Assembly: GCA_965214775.1 (NCBI GenBank)
Contig: OZ243974.1
Span: 128,001 to 192,000 of the forward strand
DNA from: Nitrosopumilus sp.
Lineage (GTDB): Archaea > Thermoproteota > Nitrososphaeria > Nitrososphaerales > Nitrosopumilaceae
Length of the DNA: 64,000 nucleotides
Direction of reading: 5' to 3'
Positions 8,611 through 19,536 of the stretch are shown piece after piece; the stretch's first letter is position 1, and every line of letters starts with the position of its first letter. Both the position numbers and the translations under genes were made by a program. The notes below the pieces were generated by a model, which ran no database searches, was not told the DNA's origin, and saw only the letters and a program-made list of their open reading frames with translations.

Positions 8611-8693
8611 TATAGCAACGTTCACAAATAATTGAGGTCTTTTACGGGCAATCTGACCATGTTTTGACTCAAAGACTTCTGCTCGTTGCTATA
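8611..8693 (-). mobile_element. MITE family E, divergent subfamily
   Basis: same TIRs; internal sequence matches copy 47079-47161. Confidence 0.85.
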
Positions 8694-8947
8694 TGAAATC
8701 AGGCCACAGAGTGGAAGTGCCGATCCATCGTTTTATCATTCAATATGAATTGGGAGGTGGCTGGTTCAAATTTAGTGAACAGTTATTGCGAGAGATTTTC
8801 CATGAATTTTTGCCAGATACAAAAGTGAAGTGTAAGACAACGAAAACTACAGTTATTGCGTCAATTTCACCAGGAGAAAGATCTAGCGAGCATAACGGTT
8901 ACCGGAAGAATAAAGCTTTTAAAATATCCGTCAATACGATAATCAAC

Positions 8948-9370
8948 ATGAAACAAAAGACTGCATCAAGAAGCATCAAGATTCTAGTAGCAAAACTAGG
9001 ACTGGACGGACATGACAGGGGCGCCCTTGTCCTATGCAGGGCATTCAGAGATGCCGGAATGGAGGTAATCTATTCGGGATTGTTTGCCACTCCGGAAAGA
9101 GTTGCGCAGATTGCAGAAGACGAAGATGTGGATGCAATTGCAATGAGCTTGCTTAATGGCGCGCATGGAACGCTATTTCCAAGAGTCGTAAAGGCACTAA
9201 AAAAGAAAGGAATCAGGGACGTTCTCGTAGTTGGGGGAGGAGTGATTCCAGAGGCAGATCACAAGGCACTAATCAAGTCAGGAGTAGGCCACGTGTTTGG
9301 TCCAGGCACGCCACTGCCAACAATCATTGATCACATCAACACGGGCGTTGTAAAATTAAGAAAAATATAA
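8948..9370 (+). CDS. methylmalonyl-CoA mutase, cobalamin-binding small subunit
   Basis: AKLGLDGHDRG B12-binding motif, VVGGGVIP; ATG at 8948. Confidence 0.9.
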   Translation: MKQKTASRSIKILVAKLGLDGHDRGALVLCRAFRDAGMEVIYSGLFATPERVAQIAEDEDVDAIAMSLLNGAHGTLFPRVVKALKKKGIRDVLVVGGGVIPEADHKALIKSGVGHVFGPGTPLPTIIDHINTGVVKLRKI

Positions 9371-9380
9371 GAAAAAAAGA

Positions 9381-10379
9381 TTATTCTGTGGAATCAGGCC
9401 ACATCATTTTACGCATTTTCTTGCCGACTTTTTCAATCTGGTGCGCGTCATATTCCTTCATGTATTTGTCAAATGCGTCCTTGCCGCTCTTTTGATATTC
9501 AGAAATCCATTCGCTGTTGAATGTGCCGTCTTGAATCATTGCAAGGACTTTTTTCATGCTTTCCTTGTTTGCAGCATCCATAACCATTGGTCCACGGGTC
9601 AATCCACCATATCTGGCAGTTTCACTAACGCGCCTCCACATTCCGTTAATCCCATATCTTTGAATCATGTCTACAATGAGTTTGAGTTCATGCAGAACTT
9701 CAAAGTAGGCAATTTCTGGTTGATATCCTGCCTCAACTAAAGTTTCAAACGCATTTGTCACCATGGAAGCTGCGCCTCCGCAGAGGTCTGCCTGCTCACC
9801 GAACCAGTCAGTCTCTACTTCTTCTTTGAAGGTAGTCTTGATTAATCCAGCTCTGGCACTTCCAATCCCTTTTGCGATTCCCAATGCCCTATCCCAGGCC
9901 TTTCCCGTAAAGTCTTGCTCCACTGCAACAATTGACGGAGTTCCAAAGTTATCAAGATAGGTTTCTCTGACTTTTGAACCTGGTCCTTTTGGTGCAACCA
10001 TGATAAGATCAGCGTTGGATGGTACCTCAATCCATTTCCAGTAGACTGCAGCTGCATGAGAAAACGACAGTGCCTTTCCTTCAGAAAGATTTGGCCCGAT
10101 TTCATCTCTGTACACTTGACTTTGAATCATGTCAGGAATCAGGATGTGAATAATGTCACCTTGCTTGGTCGCTTCGGCAACAGACATTACTTTATGGCCA
10201 TCATCTTTGGCTTTTTTCCAGCTGTTTCCGCCTTCCTTAAGACCCACAATTACATTCAGGCCAGAGTCTTTCATGTTGTTTGCTTGTGCGTCACCTTGGA
10301 TTCCATAACCAATTACAGCAATCGTTTGATCCTTTATCGGGTCAAGGCTGATATCGTTATCTTTCCATGTTTGTGCCAT
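9381..10379 (-). CDS. ilvC: ketol-acid reductoisomerase
   Basis: IGYGIQG, APKGPG, EVETDWFGEQADLCGG, AYFEVLHELKLIVD. Confidence 0.95.
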   Translation of the reverse strand: MAQTWKDNDISLDPIKDQTIAVIGYGIQGDAQANNMKDSGLNVIVGLKEGGNSWKKAKDDGHKVMSVAEATKQGDIIHILIPDMIQSQVYRDEIGPNLSEGKALSFSHAAAVYWKWIEVPSNADLIMVAPKGPGSKVRETYLDNFGTPSIVAVEQDFTGKAWDRALGIAKGIGSARAGLIKTTFKEEVETDWFGEQADLCGGAASMVTNAFETLVEAGYQPEIAYFEVLHELKLIVDMIQRYGINGMWRRVSETARYGGLTRGPMVMDAANKESMKKVLAMIQDGTFNSEWISEYQKSGKDAFDKYMKEYDAHQIEKVGKKMRKMMWPDSTE

Positions 10380-10920
10380 GCTAACTACTAACACAAATAT
10401 TGCAAATATTAACTATGGAATCTAAATCTCGATGATTTTCTCGCATGACCTGCACTTTACAGCGACTTTTTTGCCAGGCAAGCGAATGAACCTTTTTGAG
10501 CCACAGTCAGGACATATTGGGCAAGCACGTACAGGTTCCATCAGTGTCTAATAGTTCGGCATCAGATTTAGAAATTACGGATGGCCGGTTTTTCGCATCA
10601 ATTCTGCCTAGAAACTCAAACACAGCATTTGGGCACACTGCCTTTTTCAACCTTCATTACCAATTATCATTGAGCGGGTCTTTGCAGCGTTAAATTCACC
10701 CCTGTTCGAAAACCAGAATCAGATACAGGTTTCCGAATCAGATAAAAACAGAGACGTGATCATTTCCACAGCAGAGCTTGTCAAATTGTGATAGAAGAGA
10801 TGCGTTAATGCATGATATCGATGTTGAAATGTTTGATTGATTTTGCAAGCAAGCAAAATAAAATTTGCGCAAATCAACAAAAGATTTTTTTAGAGAATTG
10901 TAAATCATCTCGATTCTCTT

Positions 10921-11085
10921 TGCAGAAAAGTGAATTAAAATTAGCGGACTAATCATGTACAAACGAATTTGCATCATCAAACAGGCCAAAATGCTTGCAA
11001 ACGGCAGGTTGTCTGCAAAATTACTTGACAGATGTACTGAAAAATACGGGCATCTGCAGTTTCTGATCTCGGATCATCCCTCAGG
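10921..11085 (+). repeat. dispersed repeat family D copy
   Basis: colinear with 16947-17110. Confidence 0.75.
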
Positions 11086-11156
11086 CAGCAGCCGCAATAG
11101 CAGCAGCAGCAACAACAACGGCAAGCATGCAAAAACTAAAATCTAATTTCATCCGT

Positions 11157-12080
11157 CTACTGGATTGAACCGCTGCCAAGAATTCTTATGGTCGGGGATT
11201 CAGGTTTTAGAACAACCGCAGTCTGGCCTTTTTTACAAATGATCGGTTTCTCAAAAACAAGTTTTAGAGGAGCAACTGATGAAAATTTGGCTGCCTTGAT
11301 TTGCAGCCCAACATTGACAAGGCATCCTTGGTTTTCGGAAATCTCACCTTTGTAAAATGGAATTTTTACAAAATCCAGTTCTATCTCAGAGACCACATCG
11401 CCAACATTTGACTCAGAAATCACATCTCCACGTCCAATCTCGTCAGGTTTGGCCCCCTTGACTGCCAAGCCTACCCTGGCAGGACATGCAGATTCCCCAA
11501 CCGGATCATCATGCATCTGAATGGACTTTATCAAAACCTCAACGTCTGCAGGATACAGTTTCAAACTGTCATATTGTTTGATTTTGCCATTTGTCACTTT
11601 GCCCAAAATAACAGTTCCGACCCCCTTGACATCAAAACAATGATCAATGACCATTTCAGAATGACCGTCAGTAGAAATTGGCTCCAACTTGTCCATCTCT
11701 TCTTTGATTTTGTCTTGATCTGCTTTGATGTAATTTTCAACTATTGTTCCTTTGATCATTGCGTCTAGTTTTGTCTCGTCAACCTCAAAGGTATGAGACA
11801 GGATTCCCTTGTCTTTTTTTAGTGCATCAAGCGCAATTATCTGCTCTCCGGTAAATTTGTCAAGTTTGTCAACATGAAATATCACGTATTCTGCCAGATT
11901 AATTGCCTGAAACAGCGGTTGAATCTTATCAGGAAACCCGCTTGGAGTGACCCAGGTTTTGATAATGTTTGATTCCTTCCTGTCAAACAGGGAGAGATCA
12001 GTCACGGTTCCCTTTTTTCCAAACTCAGATGCGATTTCTTGCTTTCCCAAGACAACAAAATTGATAGATTTGACCATCAT
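11157..12080 (-). CDS. SelB/EF-Tu domain-2-like translation factor homologue
   Basis: IDHCFDVKGVGTVILG and IKSIQMHD; degenerate G domain. Confidence 0.85.
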   Translation of the reverse strand: MMVKSINFVVLGKQEIASEFGKKGTVTDLSLFDRKESNIIKTWVTPSGFPDKIQPLFQAINLAEYVIFHVDKLDKFTGEQIIALDALKKDKGILSHTFEVDETKLDAMIKGTIVENYIKADQDKIKEEMDKLEPISTDGHSEMVIDHCFDVKGVGTVILGKVTNGKIKQYDSLKLYPADVEVLIKSIQMHDDPVGESACPARVGLAVKGAKPDEIGRGDVISESNVGDVVSEIELDFVKIPFYKGEISENQGCLVNVGLQIKAAKFSSVAPLKLVFEKPIICKKGQTAVVLKPESPTIRILGSGSIQ

Positions 12081-12364
12081 GATGACTGCTTTTGGATAGA
12101 CTTTATGAAGTTTTGACTAATCAAAGGCGACGCCGCAAAAAGCATAAAGTGATACCATTTAGAATTTTTCAAGAAATCAAAATCAAATCAAATCAAACAG
12201 CAACTAACAGGGATATTCTGACAAATCATTGGCAGAATCCGTCTTCTCGTCTAGGATATGCAGATGATACAAGATCAGATGATTATTATTTTTGGTCAAA
12301 CTTACGCCTAATTTCATGAATATGATGGGCATTTTTTCTATAAAAGACTAGTGAACAATTGGTA

Positions 12365-13117
12365 CTAGGGAAACGATTTTAGTGCTGATGCATAGTTTGC
12401 AAAACGATGGTTTTTTGGTTTAACCAGCCTTTGAGAGTATTTTTTGATGGGCTTTCCAATTGCGCCATCTAATCCCAGAGGCCCCAAGACATATTCCTCC
12501 CTGTCTGCCCATTTCAAGACCTCATCAGAAGGGGCAAAATAGTTCAGGATTTTTTTGTTTACGGTATATTGCAAGATTTTCCCGTATTTTTTTGAGGATG
12601 GAACGTCCCTTGCAATGGAGGCCCCAAAGAGATAGACGCCTTCAACAATCCCTCTGTTGGAGGGTTTTCTAGACAGATATTCCAGAGTGCTCAAAATAAC
12701 CTGTGAGCCAAGAGAATGGCCCATTAGTCGAATCTTGGTTTTAGGGCTGGACTTTTTGAAATCCTCGATGAACAGTCCCAGGTTCTTTCCATTCTTTCTT
12801 GCAATGCCTTGGCCAACAGCAAGAGCGTGTTTTGCATGTTTGATCAGATGGGCGCCCGTGGTGTTGGAGTCATAACTAAAGCCAACTACGGGGTGAGAGT
12901 ATCCCAGTCTGCGTAATCGGTTTCTGGCCAATCGGACTTTTGCAACTGCCCCGGCATTGTCATTTCTTAATCCGTGAATCATAATGGTCAATTCTTTGGA
13001 GCCGGCAAATCTTTCAAAGTCCTTTTTCGGGTAAATATGATACCTGTTATTTTTTAGAGTTTTGGCTGAGCCAAGATCATAGTATCCCCTGGTGGAAATT
13101 CGCGGAATAGGCCTCAT
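12365..13117 (-). CDS. alpha/beta hydrolase (DUF726/DUF900-like)
   Basis: IHG oxyanion motif, GHSLG nucleophile elbow; ATG at 13117. Confidence 0.8.
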   Translation of the reverse strand: MRPIPRISTRGYYDLGSAKTLKNNRYHIYPKKDFERFAGSKELTIMIHGLRNDNAGAVAKVRLARNRLRRLGYSHPVVGFSYDSNTTGAHLIKHAKHALAVGQGIARKNGKNLGLFIEDFKKSSPKTKIRLMGHSLGSQVILSTLEYLSRKPSNRGIVEGVYLFGASIARDVPSSKKYGKILQYTVNKKILNYFAPSDEVLKWADREEYVLGPLGLDGAIGKPIKKYSQRLVKPKNHRFANYASALKSFP

Positions 13118-13118
13118 T

Positions 13119-14777
13119 TTATTTGGATGGCGGCGGTCCCAGCTGTCTTTTATGGTCTTCAATGTCTTTGCCCTCTACTTTGGAAAACAGAGGAGATGCC
13201 TCTCCAAGCAAATGTCCTCCGGATATCCCAAGCTCAGACATGTCATCCCATTTTCCAGAAACGGTGTCTCCGAGTCCTAGCTGGGCCCAGATTTTATTTG
13301 CAGAAGCAGGCATGAACGGCATGATTGCTATTGCCAGACTACGTACTGCATTCACAGACAGATATACGCAGCTGGCAGTTCCCGGGCCTTTTTCCCATGG
13401 TGCCTTATGCTGAAAGTACTGGTTAAAGAAAGAAGAGAATTCCATGATTTTTTTGAGGGCCCTGTCAAGATGATTTTGCCCCATCAGAGTTCCAACATCA
13501 GAGGGGAGTGTTCTGATCTTTTGTTCTGCCCCGGCATCCTTTTGATCAAAGGGTTCGGGTTCTGGAACTCTTCCCTCAAAGGCTTTTTTGGTAAATCCCA
13601 ATGCCCTGTTGACAAAATTTCCAAGATTTCCAATCAATTCAGAGTTTATCCTGGTTGCAAAATCATCCCAGTCAAAATTCAAATCGTCTTGTGAGTAGGG
13701 GTTGATGGATACAAGATAGTATCGCAGATAGTCTGCCGGATAATACTGTAAGAATTCCTTTAATCCGATGTACCAGTTTCTGCTCTTGGATATTTTCTTT
13801 GCCTGCAGAGTCAGATGTCCGCGTGTGGGTATGTGGTCTGGAAGCTTGTACTCACTTCCCATCCCCAGCCGCATTGCAGGCAAAAACAAGTAGTGGTGAT
13901 AAACGATGTCTTTTCCAATAAAGTGATAGATGTCAGCGGAATTCCAAAATTCCTTTCCATCAATTCCCTTATCGTTTAGAAATTTCAAGGCAGTGGAAAT
14001 GTATGCCAGATGGTTGTCAAACCAGCCGTAAAAGACCTTGCCTTTGGCACCATCCAGCGGAATGGGAACGCCCCATGCAATGTCACGGGTGATGTCCCAA
14101 TCAATCAGTCCGGATCTTATCCAGTTTTGGACATACTTTTTTACATCTTTTTGAAGATGGTCGTTTTCCTCAAGCCACCGATATAGCGAATCACCGAAAT
14201 TTTTCAGTCTGAAGAAATAGTGGTTTGTTTTCTCTTTTACGGGAGGCTGGCCGCATATTGCACATTTTGGATTCAAGATTTCCTCTGGAATTCGGCCACA
14301 AACCTCGCACAGATCAGAGTACTGATCCTCGGCGTCGCAGTGGGGACATGAGCCTTTCACATATCGGTCAGGCAGAAATTTTTTGTCGTTGTTGCAATAA
14401 AACTGGATGATTTCCTGCTCATATATATGGCCGGCGTCGTTCAGCTTTTTGAAGACCTGCTGGACAAATGCAATGTTTTCCTCAGAGCTGGTTTTGTAAA
14501 AATAGTCAAAATCTATGTTAAATGAATTAAAATCATCATAGTCACGCTTGTTCCAATGGGCAACGTACTCTTGAGGAGTCTTGCCCTCTCTTTCGGACTG
14601 AAGCAGGATAGGAGTGCCGAAATCATCAGAGGCACACACATAGTAAGCTTCCACACCGGTCAGTTTCAGGTATCTGGTCGTCACATCGGCGGGAAGGTAC
14701 GTGGATGCCACGTGCCCCAGATGGATTTCCCCGTTGGCATACGGCAGTGCACTGGTGATGATTGCTCTTTTGGCCAC
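13119..14777 (-). CDS. metG: methionyl-tRNA synthetase
   Basis: ALPYANGEIHLGH, Zn knuckle, KISKS. Confidence 0.96.
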   Translation of the reverse strand: MAKRAIITSALPYANGEIHLGHVASTYLPADVTTRYLKLTGVEAYYVCASDDFGTPILLQSEREGKTPQEYVAHWNKRDYDDFNSFNIDFDYFYKTSSEENIAFVQQVFKKLNDAGHIYEQEIIQFYCNNDKKFLPDRYVKGSCPHCDAEDQYSDLCEVCGRIPEEILNPKCAICGQPPVKEKTNHYFFRLKNFGDSLYRWLEENDHLQKDVKKYVQNWIRSGLIDWDITRDIAWGVPIPLDGAKGKVFYGWFDNHLAYISTALKFLNDKGIDGKEFWNSADIYHFIGKDIVYHHYLFLPAMRLGMGSEYKLPDHIPTRGHLTLQAKKISKSRNWYIGLKEFLQYYPADYLRYYLVSINPYSQDDLNFDWDDFATRINSELIGNLGNFVNRALGFTKKAFEGRVPEPEPFDQKDAGAEQKIRTLPSDVGTLMGQNHLDRALKKIMEFSSFFNQYFQHKAPWEKGPGTASCVYLSVNAVRSLAIAIMPFMPASANKIWAQLGLGDTVSGKWDDMSELGISGGHLLGEASPLFSKVEGKDIEDHKRQLGPPPSK

Positions 14778-15220
14778 ACAGGAATCACGCTAACTTGATC
14801 TTAATAGTTTACTCATTGATAAAAGGATGCCCAGCGGATGACATGAGCAGGTCGGTTTGTGATTTTTCAGGCTCCTGGCAAGACATCTGTAAATGCCGTA
14901 GGACTGTTTTTGCTGAAATTGTTCCTCCGTGTTGCTTGCAGTGTTTTTACAGCCAGCCAATCACAACCCCTTTACTATTTTTTGTTGCGTATAATGACAT
15001 GGCTCAAAGGTTTTTTGTAACATGCAGGACTCTGGAAGTTTGGGCATGAATTTTCTTACTAGCAAATGCCGATTGTGTTATATGGAAATAATGTCCGCTA
15101 TTCATTGATGTCCCTCTCCATCCATTTTGGGTCGGATTTCCTGATCGCTTCTGTGGCAGTTTTGTCCTAGAACGCCATGATGGGCGTCTGGCAGTCGGTT
15201 ATGCCCAGATCAAAGTGCAT

Positions 15221-16462
15221 CTACCAGCTATTGGCATATTTGATTTGTTCAGGGGTTAATTTGTCGATTTTGAGATTCATTGCTTTGAGAGCATCACGTG
15301 CCACTTGGGTGTCAATTTCTTCAGGCACCACAACCACCTTGTTGCCCATTCTCTTGTGGTTTTTGAGGATGTACAGGATGGACATAATTTGATTTGAAAA
15401 TGATTGCGCCATTACCTCCGGAGGGTGGCCTTCGGCAGCCACGAGGTTTGCCAGTCTGCCTTTTCCGACAAGATACACTCGCTTGTCGTTTCGCAGATGG
15501 CATTCATCCAAGTTTGGCCTTACCTCCCTTACTGATTTTGACTTTGTCAGCAAGAATTTGGTGTCAATCTCAACGTCAAAGTGGCCCACGTTTCCCATAA
15601 TTGCTCCCTCCTTCATTTTCAGTATGTGCTCTTTTCGGATTACGTCAGTCATTCCAGTACACGTGACAAATATGTCACCGGCCTTTGATGCCTCAGACAT
15701 TGGCATTACTTCGTATCCATCCATGTGTGCTTCCAATGCCTTGACAGGATCAACCTCAGTTACAATGACTTTGCCCCCCATTGCTGCACAGCGAGACGCT
15801 ACGCCTTTTCCGACCCAGCCATAACCGACGACGACTATCTTTTTTGTTGCAATAAGGAGGTTCATTGCACGGAGATACCCATCAATGGTGCTTTGACCAG
15901 TGCCATAACGATTGTCAAACATGTGTTTGGTGTACGCCTCGTTGACTACAATTACCGGATATCGAAGCTTTCCCTGTTTTTCCACAGCCTTGATTCTAGT
16001 GACTCCGGCAGTTGTCTCTTCAGTTGCGCCCAAAATGTTGAGTTTTTGGTGCTTTTTGTCAAAATGAGCTTTGACATTCATGTCTGCGCCATCGTCGGTC
16101 AAAACAGTCGGTCTGTGGTTTAGGACTTGGTCGATGCACCAATCATATTCCTTGTTTGTTTGATCATTCCAAGCATAAACATGAATTCCTTGTGATGCTA
16201 AAAATGCGGCAATGTCATCTTGTGTGGTCAGGGGGTTTCCTCCACATGCTGCAACGTTGGCGCCCAGTTCTTTTGCACCCATAAGAAGTACCGAAGTTTC
16301 TTTTGTAATATGCAGACAAAATCCCAGAGTGACACCTTTTAGAGGTTTTGATTTTCTTAATCGGTTAATCGTGTTGTCTAAAATTTGCATGTGAGAGCGG
16401 GCCCATTCGTAGGAGAGCCTTCCCTTTTTTGCAAGCATTGGATCCTTTACTTTGCTCAACAA
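15221..16462 (-). CDS. ahcY: adenosylhomocysteinase
   Basis: EETTAG, FDNRYGTGQS, GYGWVGKG, GHFDVEID. Confidence 0.96.
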   Translation of the reverse strand: MLSKVKDPMLAKKGRLSYEWARSHMQILDNTINRLRKSKPLKGVTLGFCLHITKETSVLLMGAKELGANVAACGGNPLTTQDDIAAFLASQGIHVYAWNDQTNKEYDWCIDQVLNHRPTVLTDDGADMNVKAHFDKKHQKLNILGATEETTAGVTRIKAVEKQGKLRYPVIVVNEAYTKHMFDNRYGTGQSTIDGYLRAMNLLIATKKIVVVGYGWVGKGVASRCAAMGGKVIVTEVDPVKALEAHMDGYEVMPMSEASKAGDIFVTCTGMTDVIRKEHILKMKEGAIMGNVGHFDVEIDTKFLLTKSKSVREVRPNLDECHLRNDKRVYLVGKGRLANLVAAEGHPPEVMAQSFSNQIMSILYILKNHKRMGNKVVVVPEEIDTQVARDALKAMNLKIDKLTPEQIKYANSW

Positions 16463-16533
16463 TTGTGGCTTTGGATCATCATATAAAATTCTATCATGCG
16501 AATCTAAATAAATGACAGATTTTAGAAAAAATC

Positions 16534-16836
16534 ATGGTCTGGAAGAAGATTGCAGAGAAAGGAGGCATTGTCTCAGGAAAAGGCAAAGCCTTTGAAATTG
16601 AAGGAAAACAAATTGCAATTTTCAATCAAGACGGATATCATGCAATAGATGATCTGTGTGTTCACCAGGACGGATCAATTGCGCCAGGAAAACTAGAGGG
16701 AGACATTGTCGAGTGCCCGCTTCATTTTTGGCATTACAACATCAAGACAGGAGAGCTGACAGATTATCTAAAGGACGTCAAGCTTGAGACATATCCGGTT
16801 GAAGCAAGAGATGACGGCATCTACGTAGACATTTGA
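16534..16836 (+). CDS. Rieske [2Fe-2S] ferredoxin
   Basis: CVH...CPLH ligands. Confidence 0.9.
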   Translation: MVWKKIAEKGGIVSGKGKAFEIEGKQIAIFNQDGYHAIDDLCVHQDGSIAPGKLEGDIVECPLHFWHYNIKTGELTDYLKDVKLETYPVEARDDGIYVDI

Positions 16837-16946
16837 GATCATTTTAAGATTTAGGCAAAAAGGGAAGGAAGAGTGCAAAGTTCGTCTTATTCTTCTCGTC
16901 TTATTCCTCCCATTTCTTCTTCTTCTCCTCAACTGCCTTTGTGCCG

Positions 16947-17110
16947 TGCATAGAGTTGATTTGAAATTGGCAGATTCGGATCATGCATGAACGAATTTAC
17001 ATCAAATCGATTAAAATGCTTGCAAATTACAAACTATCTGTGCCATTGCTTTACAAATGTACAGAAAAATCCTGGCATTTGCAGTTTCTAATTTCGGATC
17101 ATCTCTCAGG
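16947..17110 (+). repeat. dispersed repeat family D copy
   Basis: colinear with 10921-11085. Confidence 0.75.
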
Positions 17111-17247
17111 GACATCTGTGTCAAGCACATATCACGCATGCATATATCACTGCAATGATGCCGCCACGCAAAATCAGTGTTTGAAGTAGTGCGTGTTCAA
17201 AATAAGCTAGTTTTTGACAGGATTTTTATTCTGAAATCTGTCAAATC

Positions 17248-18045
17248 ATGCTGTTGAATCAAGAGATTGTTGAGGAAATCCAAAACCAGGACTATCCTGC
17301 CATTGCAGAGATGATAGAAAATTTTCTGGTTAATGAGATGGAGAAAAACAATGCAGAGGGTCTGATTTTAGGACTGAGCGGAGGAATTGATTCGGCAGTT
17401 CTTGCCTATATCTGCAAGGGAAGACTCAAAGAAAAGACCACTGCCATCATCATGCCAGACACCTCAATCACGCCAAGTTCAGAGACCGAAGATGCAATGA
17501 GGATGATATCACTCACAGGAATCAGATACAAGTTAATTGACATCAAGCCAATCGTGACTGAGTATGGAATGTATCTTGAACCAAACGAAAAAGGAAAAGG
17601 AAATCTCAGGGCCAGAATCAGAACAAATATTTTGTATTACTATGCAAATGCCAAAAACTATCTGGTATTAGGTTCCAGCGATAAAAGCGAATACAACACA
17701 GGATATTTTACCAAATACGGAGACGGGGCATCAGATATAACTCCGATTATTTCACTTTACAAGCTGCAGGTCAGAGAGCTTGCAAAATTCTTGGGAGTTC
17801 CCCAAAACATCATCGCCAAGAAGAGCAGCCCCTACTTGTGGAAAGACCATGAGGCCGAATCCGAGTTGGGCACGACATACGAGGAGATTGATTCGATTCT
17901 GTTTTGCCTTATTGATAAGAAAATGACAGTAAAAGAGGTTGCAGGCAAAACAGAAATTGACCAAACCACAGTAAGCAAGATCTACCAATTATATCAAAAC
18001 AGCGAACACAAAAGATCACTGCCACAAAAACCCAGCATGAAATAA
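17248..18045 (+). CDS. nadE: NH3-dependent NAD+ synthetase
   Basis: LGLSGGIDSA, GNLRARIR, GYFTKYGDG. Confidence 0.95.
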   Translation: MLLNQEIVEEIQNQDYPAIAEMIENFLVNEMEKNNAEGLILGLSGGIDSAVLAYICKGRLKEKTTAIIMPDTSITPSSETEDAMRMISLTGIRYKLIDIKPIVTEYGMYLEPNEKGKGNLRARIRTNILYYYANAKNYLVLGSSDKSEYNTGYFTKYGDGASDITPIISLYKLQVRELAKFLGVPQNIIAKKSSPYLWKDHEAESELGTTYEEIDSILFCLIDKKMTVKEVAGKTEIDQTTVSKIYQLYQNSEHKRSLPQKPSMK

Positions 18046-18046
18046 A

Positions 18047-19468
18047 ATGATCATACAAGACACACTATCAAACACAAAGCAAGAGATAGACATCTCAAAA
18101 AAGATACTACGAATTTACCTTTGTGGAGTTACTGTATATGACGAGTCTCATATCGGGCATGCCAGAACAATCATTGTTTTTGACGTATTAAGAAGATATT
18201 TGGAGCAAAAAGGCTTGCAGGTTGAGTTTGTTCAGAACTTTACAGACGTGGATGACAAAATCATCAACAAGGCAAAAAGCGAGAACACTTCAACTGAAGA
18301 AATCAGTGCAAGATACATCAAGAGTTACTTTAGTGATTTTGATCGATTAAATGTAAAAAGAGCCACAAACTATCCTAAAGCCGCAGAACACATCAAAGAC
18401 ATCATCAGATTCATTGAGAAATTGGTTGAAAAGGGAGTTGCTTATGAATCAAAAAACGGGGTATATTTTTCGGTTTCAAAATTTCCAGAATACGGAAAGT
18501 TGTCCAAAAAGAAGATTGGCGAATTGCAGACAGGTGCAAGAATTGAAATCGACGATGCAAAAAAAGATCCGTTGGACTTTGCAGTATGGAAGTTTTCAGA
18601 CATAAAACCGGCATGGGACAGTCCATGGGGGAGGGGGAGGCCAGGTTGGCACATCGAGTGCTCTGCGATGAGTATAAAATACCTTGGAGAGAACTTTGGC
18701 ATTCACGGGGGGGGAAGAGACCTCATATTTCCCCATCATGAAAACGAGATTGCGCAATCCGAGTCATGTACGGGCCAACCATTTACCAAAACTTGGATGC
18801 ACGTGGGAATGGTAACCATGAAAGGCGAAAAAATGTCAAAATCCCTAGGCAACATAAAATCAGTAAAACACGTGCTAGAAAATTGGGGGCCCAACGTCAT
18901 CAGACTGTTCTGTCTGTCAGGACACTATTCAAAGCCGATAGATTATTCTGAAGAGCTCTTAAAAGAGAATCTCACAAAATGGAGGCAGGCAGAAACTTGT
19001 TACTTTGAACTAATACATGCAGACAGCGCGGAAGGAGGAGGAGATGCAGCAAACATCACAAGTCAATGCAAGGAGAACTTTGACAGGGCACTAGATGATG
19101 ATCTGAACACACACTTGGCATTGTCCTCATTTTTCCAGCTAGTCAGAGAAACAAACAAAATGGCATCAAGAGGAGTGCTAAGCAAGCCAAATTCAGAGAA
19201 GATCATGGAGGAGTTTCAGAGAATGTCAAAAATTCTGGGCCTACGCATCCAGGAAATGTCCCCATCAGAAAAACAAGAAATTGATTCCATGATTACCAGA
19301 CGGGAGGAACTAAGAAGAGAAGATCGGTTTGAGGAAGCAGATGAAATTCGAGACAAAGTCAGTCAAATGAACATAGAGTTAATTGATCACAAAGGAAAGA
19401 CCGTTTGGGTCAGAAGAGAAGGGATCAAAGCTGACATCCATACTATAGCAACGGGCAGAAGTCTTTGA
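18047..19468 (+). CDS. cysS: cysteinyl-tRNA synthetase (stop codon lies in a MITE)
   Basis: CGVTVYD..HIGH, GRPGWHIECSAM, KMSKS. Confidence 0.96.
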   Translation: MIIQDTLSNTKQEIDISKKILRIYLCGVTVYDESHIGHARTIIVFDVLRRYLEQKGLQVEFVQNFTDVDDKIINKAKSENTSTEEISARYIKSYFSDFDRLNVKRATNYPKAAEHIKDIIRFIEKLVEKGVAYESKNGVYFSVSKFPEYGKLSKKKIGELQTGARIEIDDAKKDPLDFAVWKFSDIKPAWDSPWGRGRPGWHIECSAMSIKYLGENFGIHGGGRDLIFPHHENEIAQSESCTGQPFTKTWMHVGMVTMKGEKMSKSLGNIKSVKHVLENWGPNVIRLFCLSGHYSKPIDYSEELLKENLTKWRQAETCYFELIHADSAEGGGDAANITSQCKENFDRALDDDLNTHLALSSFFQLVRETNKMASRGVLSKPNSEKIMEEFQRMSKILGLRIQEMSPSEKQEIDSMITRREELRREDRFEEADEIRDKVSQMNIELIDHKGKTVWVRREGIKADIHTIATGRSL

Positions 19469-19525
19469 GTCAAAGTAGGCATAACTACGCGTAAAAAACC
19501 TCAATTATTTCTGCTCGTTGCTATA
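19444..19525 (+). mobile_element. MITE family E overlapping the cysS 3' end
   Basis: TIRs and internal identity to 8238-8320. Confidence 0.9.
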
Positions 19526-19536
19526 GGATCTGATGA

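Noticed and set aside
8693-8947. N-terminal extension of the B12-binding mutase subunit
   Set aside because: The ATG is created at a MITE junction; recognisable protein starts at 8948.
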